A DNA stretch of 17,271 nucleotides, taken from positions 1 through 17,271 of the forward strand of contig JAZGAD010000030.1 of the NCBI GenBank assembly GCA_036444275.1, written 5' to 3'. The notes beneath the pieces are model-generated. The model saw only the letters and a program-made list of their open reading frames with translations. It had not been told where the DNA came from and made no database searches. Below are positions 7,222 through 14,887 of this stretch, in pieces. Each line of letters starts with the position of its first letter. Within the stretch, counting starts at the first letter, position 1. The DNA is from Candidatus Hydrothermarchaeales archaeon. Lineage in GTDB: Archaea; Hydrothermarchaeota; Hydrothermarchaeia; Hydrothermarchaeales; JAZGAD01. Made by a program: the position numbers and the translations under genes.

Positions 7222-9630
7222 CTAGACTATGGTACGTTTGAGTCTATTTATTATGCTGGGTTTCTCCAGCATCTCCTCCACGTAATTCAAGAGCGCCACT
7301 GCTATCAATATAGAAGCAGCTGTTTTAAATCCCGACTCGCTAGTTGTGCTCTCTAGAAGTCCTTCAGATATCCGCCAGAGACCTGTGACAGGTAGGATGG
7401 TCAGCTCACCCATCTTCTTGGTAATCTTCTCATCAGTATCCCTTAATTTCTTCCGGGCCTGGGAGCGATTATCCCTTGCTGAAAACTCAGGATCCCTAAC
7501 TGCATCCATAAAGGCGTGTGGAAATTCTTCACCTAGTCCGCTAGGTCCGCAATCCTCTGCTTTCAGTCCGATAGAAGCCTTGTATATCTGAACATTCTTC
7601 CAATCGGTTATTACAGAGGATATGCTATCACCGATGCTGCCTAAGATGTCGATAAAGTCCTGGGTTATTCCTTCGTAGTTCTCTGTCTTGGAGGCGAAAT
7701 ACTCTGGATTAGTGGGTAGCTTTTCAGCGAAAGCTATAAAGTTCTCAGCGATGCCCCCGTAATAGTTAGGAAGGCACATATCAAAGGAGGAAACCTCTCC
7801 AATGCTTTTATCCAGCGAGCTCCTTATAGATTCAAGTATATTTTCCTGCATAGCACTCAATTTAAGGACGGACTCTAGCTGGACCGTTATATGATCTTCT
7901 TCCCCAGTAGAAGTGTAGGGGGTCCTTTGCACGTCATATAACTCTTTCTCCACCATGAGGGTATACTCACCTATCGCAGGCACGAATACAGCTTCGCCGT
8001 CAGAATTGGTTCTCTTCTCCACATGGTCAATGATTACCTTGGCGTTGGGCACTGCAAACCCCGCTTGATTCACCACTTTTACCCGGAATTCCTTTACCGC
8101 TACCTCCATAGCTTTCGCTTCTTCAAGCGCCTTCTCTCGGAGCCGCAATCTTGTCCTCACTACTAGAACACCGATTACAACAGCTAAGCCTATGACGGCA
8201 AGGTAGGCATACACCGGATTTCGCTTTGATGGTTGCTCAAGAGGTGGAAGAGCTCTAGAGTTATCGTAAAAGAGGAGCTTCCTGCCTTGAGAATAAGATA
8301 GATAATCCCCGCTGGACGCAATGGCCACGGAGATGATTCCCATATCCGGACGCCGCCATACCTCCTCCCCTTCCTTGAATAGATATAAGCTGGAGTTAGT
8401 AGAAGTGAAGATGTATTCCCCCTGTAGACTCATGGAGACACTGGAAACCACATCTAGAGTAGGATAAGTAGAGAGAATGCTTTTATTTTCGATGTTCAAG
8501 ATGTAGATTTTGTTGCCTGCGCCTGCTGCTATTCGTCCGTTTGATAGTGAGATGCTGGTTATTGTTCTTGGTGTTGTGTAAGTCCAGAGTGTGGTTTTGT
8601 TTTCTAGTACGTAGATTTTGTTGCCTGCGCCTGCTGCTATTCGTCCGTTTGATAGTGAGATGCTGGTTATTGTTTCATTCATCGTATATTCTGCGATAAT
8701 ACCTCCATTCCTCCCGATTATGTAGACTAAGCTTCCACTGCTGTAAGCTATAGCGCTTCCATCCCCCGCGATATCAATGGAGCTAATAGGCGCCTTTTCC
8801 TCCCTCATCCAGAGAAACTTAGGTGGGGCTATCTCGGATTTATTTAATAGGTAGACTACTATCTCATCCATACCACTATTATTCGCCAAATCAGTTGCTA
8901 TGACTTCCACCTTGTAGGGTCCCTCGGTAAGGTTTAAGGTGTCCCAGGAATATGGAAAGTTCAAGACTTCTTTACCCGCTATCCTAAGGGAAACATTGGC
9001 GAGGGGATCTCCAACCGAGGCGTCTATCAAGATTATCTCCCCAAGCGTAGCCTCCACTACACCGCTTATAGAGGTAACCTCAGGGCTCGTGATCTCTACC
9101 GAAGGCGGTATAGTGTCGTTACTGGACACCTCTCCAACCTCTATGGAGCCGTCAGCAAATAGGATATGGCATTCTTTATCGCAGTATGTGCATGCACCAG
9201 AAGCATCGAAATCACGGGCTGCTGTATCTTGGTTAAACAAGAAGATTAGTCTAAAGTTATAGACACCAGGCTCTGCAGGGGTTCTGACAGAGATAGTAGA
9301 TTCAACGCTGCCTCCGACTCCTTTCACTCCAGAAAACAGCATTCCTATCTCAGTATTGGGGGCCCAACTTCCAAAGGCATTAACCTGTACTAGGCAATCA
9401 GGGCAGGGTGCATTCCAGTCCCATTTCACTTCCACGGGTATCCTCTGGAAGGAATCAACCCTTATGCTCTCTTGGATGCCATCTGAGGCGGAATCCATGT
9501 CGAGGTATCCAAAGGTCAGAGGCCCAACCTCATATCCCGGGGTTAGCTGGTGGGTATATGTAGGGCAAGAAGCCGAAACCATCGGCATCAGAGATAGGAG
9601 CAAGATTGCAGTGAAAAGTCTCCGCAACAT
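7222..9630 (-). CDS. Large single-pass membrane protein: Cys-containing and Ig-like domains, beta-propeller repeats, TM, then carboxypeptidase-regulatory-like beta domain and helical C-terminal domain
   Basis: Start moved to ATG 9630 (signal peptide MLRRLFTAILLLSLMPMVSA) because the longer ORF overlaps a tRNA. Big-like PPSVEITSP...WDT...EGPYKVEVIATD, WD/PQQ-like blades, TM VYAYLAVIGLAVVIGVLVV, then VPNAKV...TNSDGEA...GEYTLMVEK. Confidence 0.85.
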   Translation of the reverse strand: MLRRLFTAILLLSLMPMVSASCPTYTHQLTPGYEVGPLTFGYLDMDSASDGIQESIRVDSFQRIPVEVKWDWNAPCPDCLVQVNAFGSWAPNTEIGMLFSGVKGVGGSVESTISVRTPAEPGVYNFRLIFLFNQDTAARDFDASGACTYCDKECHILFADGSIEVGEVSSNDTIPPSVEITSPEVTSISGVVEATLGEIILIDASVGDPLANVSLRIAGKEVLNFPYSWDTLNLTEGPYKVEVIATDLANNSGMDEIVVYLLNKSEIAPPKFLWMREEKAPISSIDIAGDGSAIAYSSGSLVYIIGRNGGIIAEYTMNETITSISLSNGRIAAGAGNKIYVLENKTTLWTYTTPRTITSISLSNGRIAAGAGNKIYILNIENKSILSTYPTLDVVSSVSMSLQGEYIFTSTNSSLYLFKEGEEVWRRPDMGIISVAIASSGDYLSYSQGRKLLFYDNSRALPPLEQPSKRNPVYAYLAVIGLAVVIGVLVVRTRLRLREKALEEAKAMEVAVKEFRVKVVNQAGFAVPNAKVIIDHVEKRTNSDGEAVFVPAIGEYTLMVEKELYDVQRTPYTSTGEEDHITVQLESVLKLSAMQENILESIRSSLDKSIGEVSSFDMCLPNYYGGIAENFIAFAEKLPTNPEYFASKTENYEGITQDFIDILGSIGDSISSVITDWKNVQIYKASIGLKAEDCGPSGLGEEFPHAFMDAVRDPEFSARDNRSQARKKLRDTDEKITKKMGELTILPVTGLWRISEGLLESTTSESGFKTAASILIAVALLNYVEEMLEKPSIINRLKRTIV
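8503..8674. repeat. Exact 64-bp direct repeat (8503-8566 and 8611-8674, period 108 bp) encoding duplicated propeller blade TITSISLSNGRIAAGAGNKIY
   Basis: Both copies were compared base by base and are identical. Confidence 0.95.
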
Positions 9631-9654
9631 GCAACTAACTTCTGGAACTTTGAA

Positions 9655-9668
9655 TAAAAAGCTTTTTA
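9655..9668 (-). promoter_or_regulatory. BRE/TATA-like element (palindrome TAAAAAGCTTTTTA) upstream of the 9630 start; its T-run could also terminate the tRNA transcript
   Basis: Minus strand reads AAAAAGCTTTTTATT ~25-35 nt before the ATG and just downstream of tRNA-Gln(UUG). Confidence 0.5.
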
Positions 9669-9674
9669 ATGGAA

Positions 9675-9747
9675 TAGCCCGGAGCGGATTCGAACCGCTG
9701 TCGCGGGCTCCAAAGGCCCGCATGATTGACCGCTACACTACCGGGCT
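9675..9747 (-). tRNA. tRNA-Gln (UUG)
   Basis: 73-nt cloverleaf: acceptor AGCCCGG/CCGGGCT (A1-U72, archaeal Gln type), anticodon arm CGGGC-CTTTGGA-GCCCG, T-loop GGTTCGAATCC. No intron and no CCA directly after the discriminator. Confidence 0.97.
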
Positions 9748-9767
9748 ATGATGCGAACACAATGGGA

Positions 9768-9840
9768 TAGCCCGGAGCGGATTCGAACCGCTGTCGCGGG
9801 ATCCAGAGTCCCGCATGATTGACCGCTACACTACCGGGCT
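9768..9840 (-). tRNA. tRNA-Gln (CUG)
   Basis: Same cloverleaf with anticodon arm CGGGA-CTCTGGA-TCCCG. Confidence 0.97.
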
Positions 9841-9900
9841 AATTAGTTGGTGCCGCTAGGAAAGATTTATCATCCATTTGGAAATAAACCTTTGGGTAAC

Positions 9901-10737
9901 ATGTTCCAGTACGTCAGGATTCTTAGGCCCCTTAACTGTGCAATGGCGGGGATAGCAGTAATAGTTGGGGCAGTTGTAGCCTCAGATGTATTTCCTGTAA
10001 TGAAGATAGCCTTGGCTTTCTGGGCAACTTTTATGATATGTGGAGCTGGAAACGTGGTAAATGACTTCTTTGACTATGAGATTGACAAGATCAATAATCC
10101 CCTACGTCCTCTTCCTTCGGGAGCAATACCCCTAAACCTAGCCCTCTACTATGCCTTATCACTATTCGTGCTTGGAGTGCTAGCATCAGCTTTCATAAAC
10201 ATATACGCCCTTGTCATTGCTCTTTTTAATTCCCTTTTGCTCTACGTCTATGCCCAGCGGATAAAGAAGGGAGGCGGAATAAAGAAGAACCTAACCGTCA
10301 GCTACCTCGTAGCATCGCCTTTCTTTTTCGGGGGAATAGCGGTAATGGTTGTGGGAAAACCGCTTGTAACCCTCCTTCTAGCCCTTATCGCTGCCTTTGC
10401 GAATACTGGTAGGGAGATAGCCAAGGATATTGAGGACTACAAAGGAGATTCAATGTTTATCAAGACACTGCCTGCTAGAGTAGGATTTGAGAAGGCTTCT
10501 AGACTCGCTGGAGCATTCCTCTTTGCCACGGTAGTCCTAAGTCCACTTCCCTACTTCTTTGGGATTCTAAATTGGTATTATCTTCTCATTGTATTAGCAG
10601 CAGATGTTGTTGTCGCGTATGCAGCTATGATTTTGTTGAGAAATAGCAGTGACCCAGTAAAGGCAAGTGAGAGTCAGAGGATGATCAAAATCGGGATGTT
10701 GCTAGCATTAGCGGCCTTCTTTGTGGGTAGTCTTTAA
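9901..10737 (+). CDS. Digeranylgeranylglyceryl phosphate (DGGGP) synthase, UbiA prenyltransferase family
   Basis: ILRPLNC, GNVVNDFFDYEIDKINNPLRPLPSG, REIAKDIEDYKGD, KTLP and multiple TMs. ATG 9901 preferred over TTG 9847. Confidence 0.9.
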   Translation: MFQYVRILRPLNCAMAGIAVIVGAVVASDVFPVMKIALAFWATFMICGAGNVVNDFFDYEIDKINNPLRPLPSGAIPLNLALYYALSLFVLGVLASAFINIYALVIALFNSLLLYVYAQRIKKGGGIKKNLTVSYLVASPFFFGGIAVMVVGKPLVTLLLALIAAFANTGREIAKDIEDYKGDSMFIKTLPARVGFEKASRLAGAFLFATVVLSPLPYFFGILNWYYLLIVLAADVVVAYAAMILLRNSSDPVKASESQRMIKIGMLLALAAFFVGSL

Positions 10738-10783
10738 CTATTCTGCTATTGCTCTACTCAATTAGCAGTTTATCAGCTATATA

Positions 10784-11521
10784 CTATCCTAAATCCTTTA
10801 TTCTCCCAAGGGCCGTGCCATCCAACAAGTATGCCTCAGCATTTGCCATGTCTACTAAACCCTTGTTAAAGAGCGGACCCAGTAGTCTTCTCTCACAATT
10901 AAAAGGAGTACCGGGAAGCATATCATTGAAGGCAGGCGCTATTACCACCTTTGGAGACGTATTCAATCCAAATAGCTCCATTCCTCTCTCATTCAGCTCA
11001 GCCCTTATCCACGCACTCTCTCTTACAGCGTAGCCAAATTCGTCCCTGAAGTCTATGCATGGATGATTGTGGCCCAGTACTATGTATTCATAGTCAGCAG
11101 AAGGGATATTCATATGTCCATGGGTTAGCAATGCTCCATTAATCTCTAGGCTCTTAACGATCTCAGTTTTTGGTAGGAGCCGTTCTATGCCGCCATCATG
11201 ATTTCCCTTTACAATTATCACTTCGCTGTGCTCTGATAACCCCGCTACAAATCCTGGTATCCCTGAGTACTCACGCCACGACATCGCTGGGATATTGTGC
11301 TTCAAGTCCCCTACGATAATAAGGCTCGCGGCGCTAGATATTTCCAAGAGATGTACCAGCCTTTCCCGCATCTTCTCCCATTGAGGCCTAATGATGATCC
11401 CTTTTTTACGAAGCTCGTGCTCAAAGCCTAGGTGGAGATCCGCTACTACAAGGTAATTCCCTACAATCAACGCCCTTTCGCTATGGATAGGTTCCACCGC
11501 AAGTTTTACAAGGTCGGCCAT
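10784..11521 (-). CDS. Calcineurin-like metallophosphoesterase (archaeal ICC-like family)
   Basis: Motifs ADLHLG, GDLKH, GNHD, HGH, GHNHP and PAFN. Likely start is ATG 11521. Confidence 0.9.
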   Translation of the reverse strand: MADLVKLAVEPIHSERALIVGNYLVVADLHLGFEHELRKKGIIIRPQWEKMRERLVHLLEISSAASLIIVGDLKHNIPAMSWREYSGIPGFVAGLSEHSEVIIVKGNHDGGIERLLPKTEIVKSLEINGALLTHGHMNIPSADYEYIVLGHNHPCIDFRDEFGYAVRESAWIRAELNERGMELFGLNTSPKVVIAPAFNDMLPGTPFNCERRLLGPLFNKGLVDMANAEAYLLDGTALGRIKDLG

Positions 11522-11620
11522 GTTCGCTCCGCTATTGGAATTATATTGTTTGATTGATATCACTTCCACTAATGTAAAAACATTAATATTGGGAAATATA
11601 ATTTAAATGGAGGTGATAGT

Positions 11621-11902
11621 TTGCTGGAAGCCAAAACTGAGATAAGACTGGTCGGCCATGTATTGGAGAGGGGTATAATCTTCAAGCTTTCGGAAGCAAT
11701 AAAAGACGTAGATGTAGAAGTCATGCACTGCGAGGTTTCTTTTGCAGCCCTCAAAGCAGGGATAGAGGAAAAGATGCCTTCCTTCATGCGCTTCTACCTA
11801 GTGGGGGCTAAGGAGGAACGGGATAAAGCAGTGGAAGCTGTGAAAAAACTTGCTGAGGAGACTGCGTGTAAAATAGATTATATTCGGGAGAGGCGTGACT
11901 GA
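11621..11902 (+). CDS. Small hypothetical protein, possible ACT/ferredoxin-like fold
   Basis: Perfect GGAGGTGA SD before TTG, alternating beta/alpha pattern (IRLVGHVLERGII), and TGATG overlap with the next gene. Confidence 0.7.
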   Translation: MLEAKTEIRLVGHVLERGIIFKLSEAIKDVDVEVMHCEVSFAALKAGIEEKMPSFMRFYLVGAKEERDKAVEAVKKLAEETACKIDYIRERRD

Positions 11903-12714
11903 TGAAAGCCCAGGTCACCTTAACCGTAGCTGAGTCGAAGAGGTTGATAGGAAAGGCGGTGAAGGAGCACCCATGGGTGAAGAAAGCCTTGAAAAGTGGG
12001 ATAATAGCTATAGGCACTGGTTCCACCAATGCATATGTGGTAGAAGAAATTCTAGGCATAGAAATCGAGAAGAAGAGGCACATAGCTGGATTCATAGACG
12101 AAGAAGGCGCATGCATCGTTCCGAGGGATGAGAGAAGCAAGAGCATAGTCCTAGATAATGGTAGGCGGGTAGACGAATCTCTAGAGGCTGTTGCCAAGAG
12201 AATGGGCAGGGACGACGTATTTATCAAAGGTGCAAATGCATTGGATTTCGACGGTATAGCCGGGGTAATGATGGCAAGCCTTACAGGCGGCACTGTTGGC
12301 GATGTTATCGGAACGCTAAAGGCAAGGGGGATAAAGCTCCTTATACCTGTGGGCCTCGAAAAGCTGATTTGCCACTCGGTAGCTGAAGCTTCCAATATCG
12401 CTGGTATCTATGAGATGGATTATTCTGACGGTGTACCCGTGGGCATAATGCCTATCTCAGGGGAAGTGATAACCGAGATAGAGGCTTTTATGATTCTCTC
12501 GGATGTAGATGCCGTTAACATTGGCGCAGGAGGGATCGGAAGCGGAGAGGGGTCTAAGACCTTCATACTACACGGGAAAGAGGGCAAGGTATCGAAGGCT
12601 CTAAGAATCCTAGAATCCATACGAGGTGAGGAGAATATAGAGCCCTTAAGAGGCAAGTGTAAGGATTGTGTATACCTATACTGCCCGCGCAATAAAAGCA
12701 AAAAAGATAAATAA
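11902..12714 (+). CDS. Conserved hypothetical protein, probable RpiA/CoA-transferase-like fold with C-terminal Cys motif
   Basis: LTVAESKRLIGKAV N-terminus, IAIGTGST, FIKGANALD, PVGLEK and C-terminal CKDCVYLYC. Confidence 0.7.
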   Translation: MKAQVTLTVAESKRLIGKAVKEHPWVKKALKSGIIAIGTGSTNAYVVEEILGIEIEKKRHIAGFIDEEGACIVPRDERSKSIVLDNGRRVDESLEAVAKRMGRDDVFIKGANALDFDGIAGVMMASLTGGTVGDVIGTLKARGIKLLIPVGLEKLICHSVAEASNIAGIYEMDYSDGVPVGIMPISGEVITEIEAFMILSDVDAVNIGAGGIGSGEGSKTFILHGKEGKVSKALRILESIRGEENIEPLRGKCKDCVYLYCPRNKSKKDK

Positions 12715-12734
12715 GCCGCTTTTGAGGTAATACC

Positions 12735-13322
12735 ATGGATGTCCTGCAGGAGTCGATGCTGAGCATTGCGGATCACGTTAAAAAGATAACTAATTCCTTA
12801 GATGAGGTGCCAGTGAATGAGATGATCAACTTGATTCAGAAGGCGCAAAAGGTTTTTGTGTACGGCTCTGGTAGGAGCGGGCTAGTGGGTAAGGCGTTTG
12901 CCATCCGCCTTATGCACCTGGGAATAAACGTATTTGTCATTGGCGATGTGATAAACCCTGCTATAGTAAAGGAGGATGTGTTGATAGTCATCTCGGGTTC
13001 TGGGGAGACCGATACCCCTGTTAATGCCGCCAAGATAGCGAAGGGTGCAGGCGCCAAGATCGTAGCTATAACCACCTATCCAAGCTCTACAATAGCTAAG
13101 ATCGCTGACACCATAGTAGTCATTAAGGGCAGGACCAAGTTGAAGGGTGAGACGGACTTCCTACTGCGGCAGATCAAGGGAGAGCATTATTCGCTTGCAC
13201 CTTTGGGGACCTTGTTCGAGGTATCGGTGCTCATCTTCCTTGATGGCCTGATTGTAGAGATGATGACTCGAATGGGTAAGAGCGAAGATGACATGCGGGT
13301 ACGTCATGCCACGATAGAATAG
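12735..13322 (+). CDS. hxlB: 6-phospho-3-hexuloisomerase (SIS domain, RuMP pathway)
   Basis: VFVYGSGRSGLVGKAFAIRLMHLG, ISGSGET, APLGTLFE and C-terminal RHATIE. GAGGT SD. Confidence 0.93.
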   Translation: MDVLQESMLSIADHVKKITNSLDEVPVNEMINLIQKAQKVFVYGSGRSGLVGKAFAIRLMHLGINVFVIGDVINPAIVKEDVLIVISGSGETDTPVNAAKIAKGAGAKIVAITTYPSSTIAKIADTIVVIKGRTKLKGETDFLLRQIKGEHYSLAPLGTLFEVSVLIFLDGLIVEMMTRMGKSEDDMRVRHATIE

Positions 13323-13331
13323 AGGGATGTC

Positions 13332-13586
13332 ATGGGCGAGGTTAAGGTTAAATTTTTTGCGAGTTTCAGAGAGAGTCTTGGAAGAGAAGAGTTGATCATA
13401 GGCTTAGAAGGCAAGAAGACATTAGATGAGATCATAGATGCCATTGAGGAAACAGCCCAAGGGTTGAGGGCGCTTTTGAAAGTCGGAAACGCTGTAATCG
13501 CAGTAAACCACGAGGTAGCAAGAGGTGACACACAGATTAAGGCAGGGGACGAGATAGCAATATTCCCCCCGGTGTCAGGGGGCTAA
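13332..13586 (+). CDS. moaD: MoaD/ThiS/SAMP-family ubiquitin-like sulfur carrier
   Basis: VKVKFFASFRE, AVN and GDEIAIFPPVSGG with C-terminal diglycine. Adjacent to moaE. Confidence 0.92.
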   Translation: MGEVKVKFFASFRESLGREELIIGLEGKKTLDEIIDAIEETAQGLRALLKVGNAVIAVNHEVARGDTQIKAGDEIAIFPPVSGG

Positions 13587-13611
13587 TCTAAGTTGGACGA
13601 GGATATAACAT

Positions 13612-14034
13612 ATGGATATGATTAGGATTCAGGAGGAGGACTTCTCGATTCAAGAGGAGATAAATAGGGTCAAGGGTAGCTCTAAGAGGATAGGGGGTAT
13701 AGTATCCTTTCTGGGCACAGTGCGGGACTTTTCTCGTGGTAAGGAGGTATCAAAACTTGTCTATGAGCAGTACTCCGGCATGGCCTTGAAGAAGCTGGAG
13801 GAATTGAGGAACGAAGCATTAGAGAAATTCAACGCAATAGAGGTGAGCATAATACATCGCTACGGCACGCTTGAAGTCGGGGAGAACGTCGTCCTCGTAA
13901 TCGCTGCAGCTGAACACCGCATTGATGCTTTTGAAACCTGCCGGTGGTGCATAGATGAGTTAAAAAAGAGGGTGCCCATCTGGAAGAAAGAGTTCACTTC
14001 TGATGGGGGAATCTGGATAGAAGAGCACCCTTAA
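13612..14034 (+). CDS. moaE: Molybdopterin synthase catalytic subunit
   Basis: GGIVSFLGTVR, LVYEQY, HRYG.L.VGE, HRIDAF and IDELKKRVPIWKKE. Confidence 0.95.
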   Translation: MDMIRIQEEDFSIQEEINRVKGSSKRIGGIVSFLGTVRDFSRGKEVSKLVYEQYSGMALKKLEELRNEALEKFNAIEVSIIHRYGTLEVGENVVLVIAAAEHRIDAFETCRWCIDELKKRVPIWKKEFTSDGGIWIEEHP

Positions 14035-14053
14035 AAAAGAAGGGAATATCTCC

Positions 14054-14287
14054 CTATACGTTTACCACATCCATCGCTTTTCGCCACTTGTTTCCCTGCA
14101 TCTCCATAACCCAAACTTTCTTGACCTTTGGATTAGACTTCGCTAAACTCACTACTTCGTCCTTAGATGGCAATGAATCGCTCTTCTTCAAAGTTACAAA
14201 GCGCTTTGCTTCTACACCTTTCATGGTTTTGCCTTTTATAGTCACATCTCTTCCTAAATATTCAAGTGCATTTACATAGTATGTCAT
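14054..14287 (-). CDS. Small basic hypothetical protein (77 aa)
   Basis: Has its own SD (GGAGGTAGGAG), a TATA box (TTTATATA, ~14325-14332 on the minus strand) and a downstream T-run. Fills the gap between moaE and aIF5A. Confidence 0.8.
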   Translation of the reverse strand: MTYYVNALEYLGRDVTIKGKTMKGVEAKRFVTLKKSDSLPSKDEVVSLAKSNPKVKKVWVMEMQGNKWRKAMDVVNV

Positions 14288-14441
14288 GGTCTCCTACCTC
14301 CTACCACTCTTCTAGGACAGAAGGTATATAAAAAAGTTTTGGTGTGGGGTTAGTTTTAAGAGCCTAGAAATTAGCCTCTAGATAACCTCGAAATCTATAT
14401 ATACCTGCTAGTCTTGTCTTATTCATTCGAGGCGAACAGAG

Positions 14442-14837
14442 TTGACGACTAAAGTAGTAGAAGTAAAAGAACTTAAGAAAGGCAAGCTAGTAATGATAGA
14501 TGACGAGCCCTGCAAGATAATGAGTATCCAAGTAGCGAAGACCGGTAAGCATGGATCGGCTAAGGCAAGGGTCGAGGGTATGGGGATCTTTGATAACCGG
14601 AAAAGGAGCTTCATCAGCCCTGTTGAATCCAAGACGGAAATACCTATCTTGGAGAGAAAAAGTGCCCAGGTTCTAGCCCTCATGGGCAAAGAGGTTCAGT
14701 TTATGGATCTCGCAACCTATGCGACCTTTGAATTGCCGATGCCCAGCAAGGAGGAGGTTAAAGGAGCCATTATAGAAGGGGCGGAGGTGGAGTACATAGA
14801 GGCATTGGGGAGGAAGAAGATAGTCCGAGTGAGATGA
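14442..14837 (+). CDS. eif5a: Archaeal translation factor aIF5A
   Basis: Hypusination motif KTGKHGSAKAR, IDDEPCKI and QFMDLATYATFE. GAGG SD before TTG; TATATATA upstream. Confidence 0.96.
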   Translation: MTTKVVEVKELKKGKLVMIDDEPCKIMSIQVAKTGKHGSAKARVEGMGIFDNRKRSFISPVESKTEIPILERKSAQVLALMGKEVQFMDLATYATFELPMPSKEEVKGAIIEGAEVEYIEALGRKKIVRVR

Positions 14838-14887
14838 TATCTGGAGTGTAAGTGCTAGAAGCACTCGGTCATCGGAGGAAATGTAAC

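Noticed and set aside
8503-8674. 64-bp repeats as a CRISPR array or DGR template/variable pair
   Set aside because: There are only two copies, in frame within a CDS and identical (no adenine-specific mismatches). No cas or reverse transcriptase genes are present.
479-9675. Cluster as an integrative element inserted at tRNA-Gln
   Set aside because: No integrase and no partial tRNA (att) repeat are visible, and the composition looks like that of the housekeeping side. The far end is lost at the junction, so this is not fully excluded.
9631-9723. N-terminal 31 aa of the 833-aa ORF
   Set aside because: It overlaps tRNA-Gln(UUG), and the signal peptide starts at ATG 9630.
9675-9840. Near-identical 73-bp direct repeats as mobile-element ends or CRISPR
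   Set aside because: Both copies are complete tRNA-Gln genes with different anticodons.
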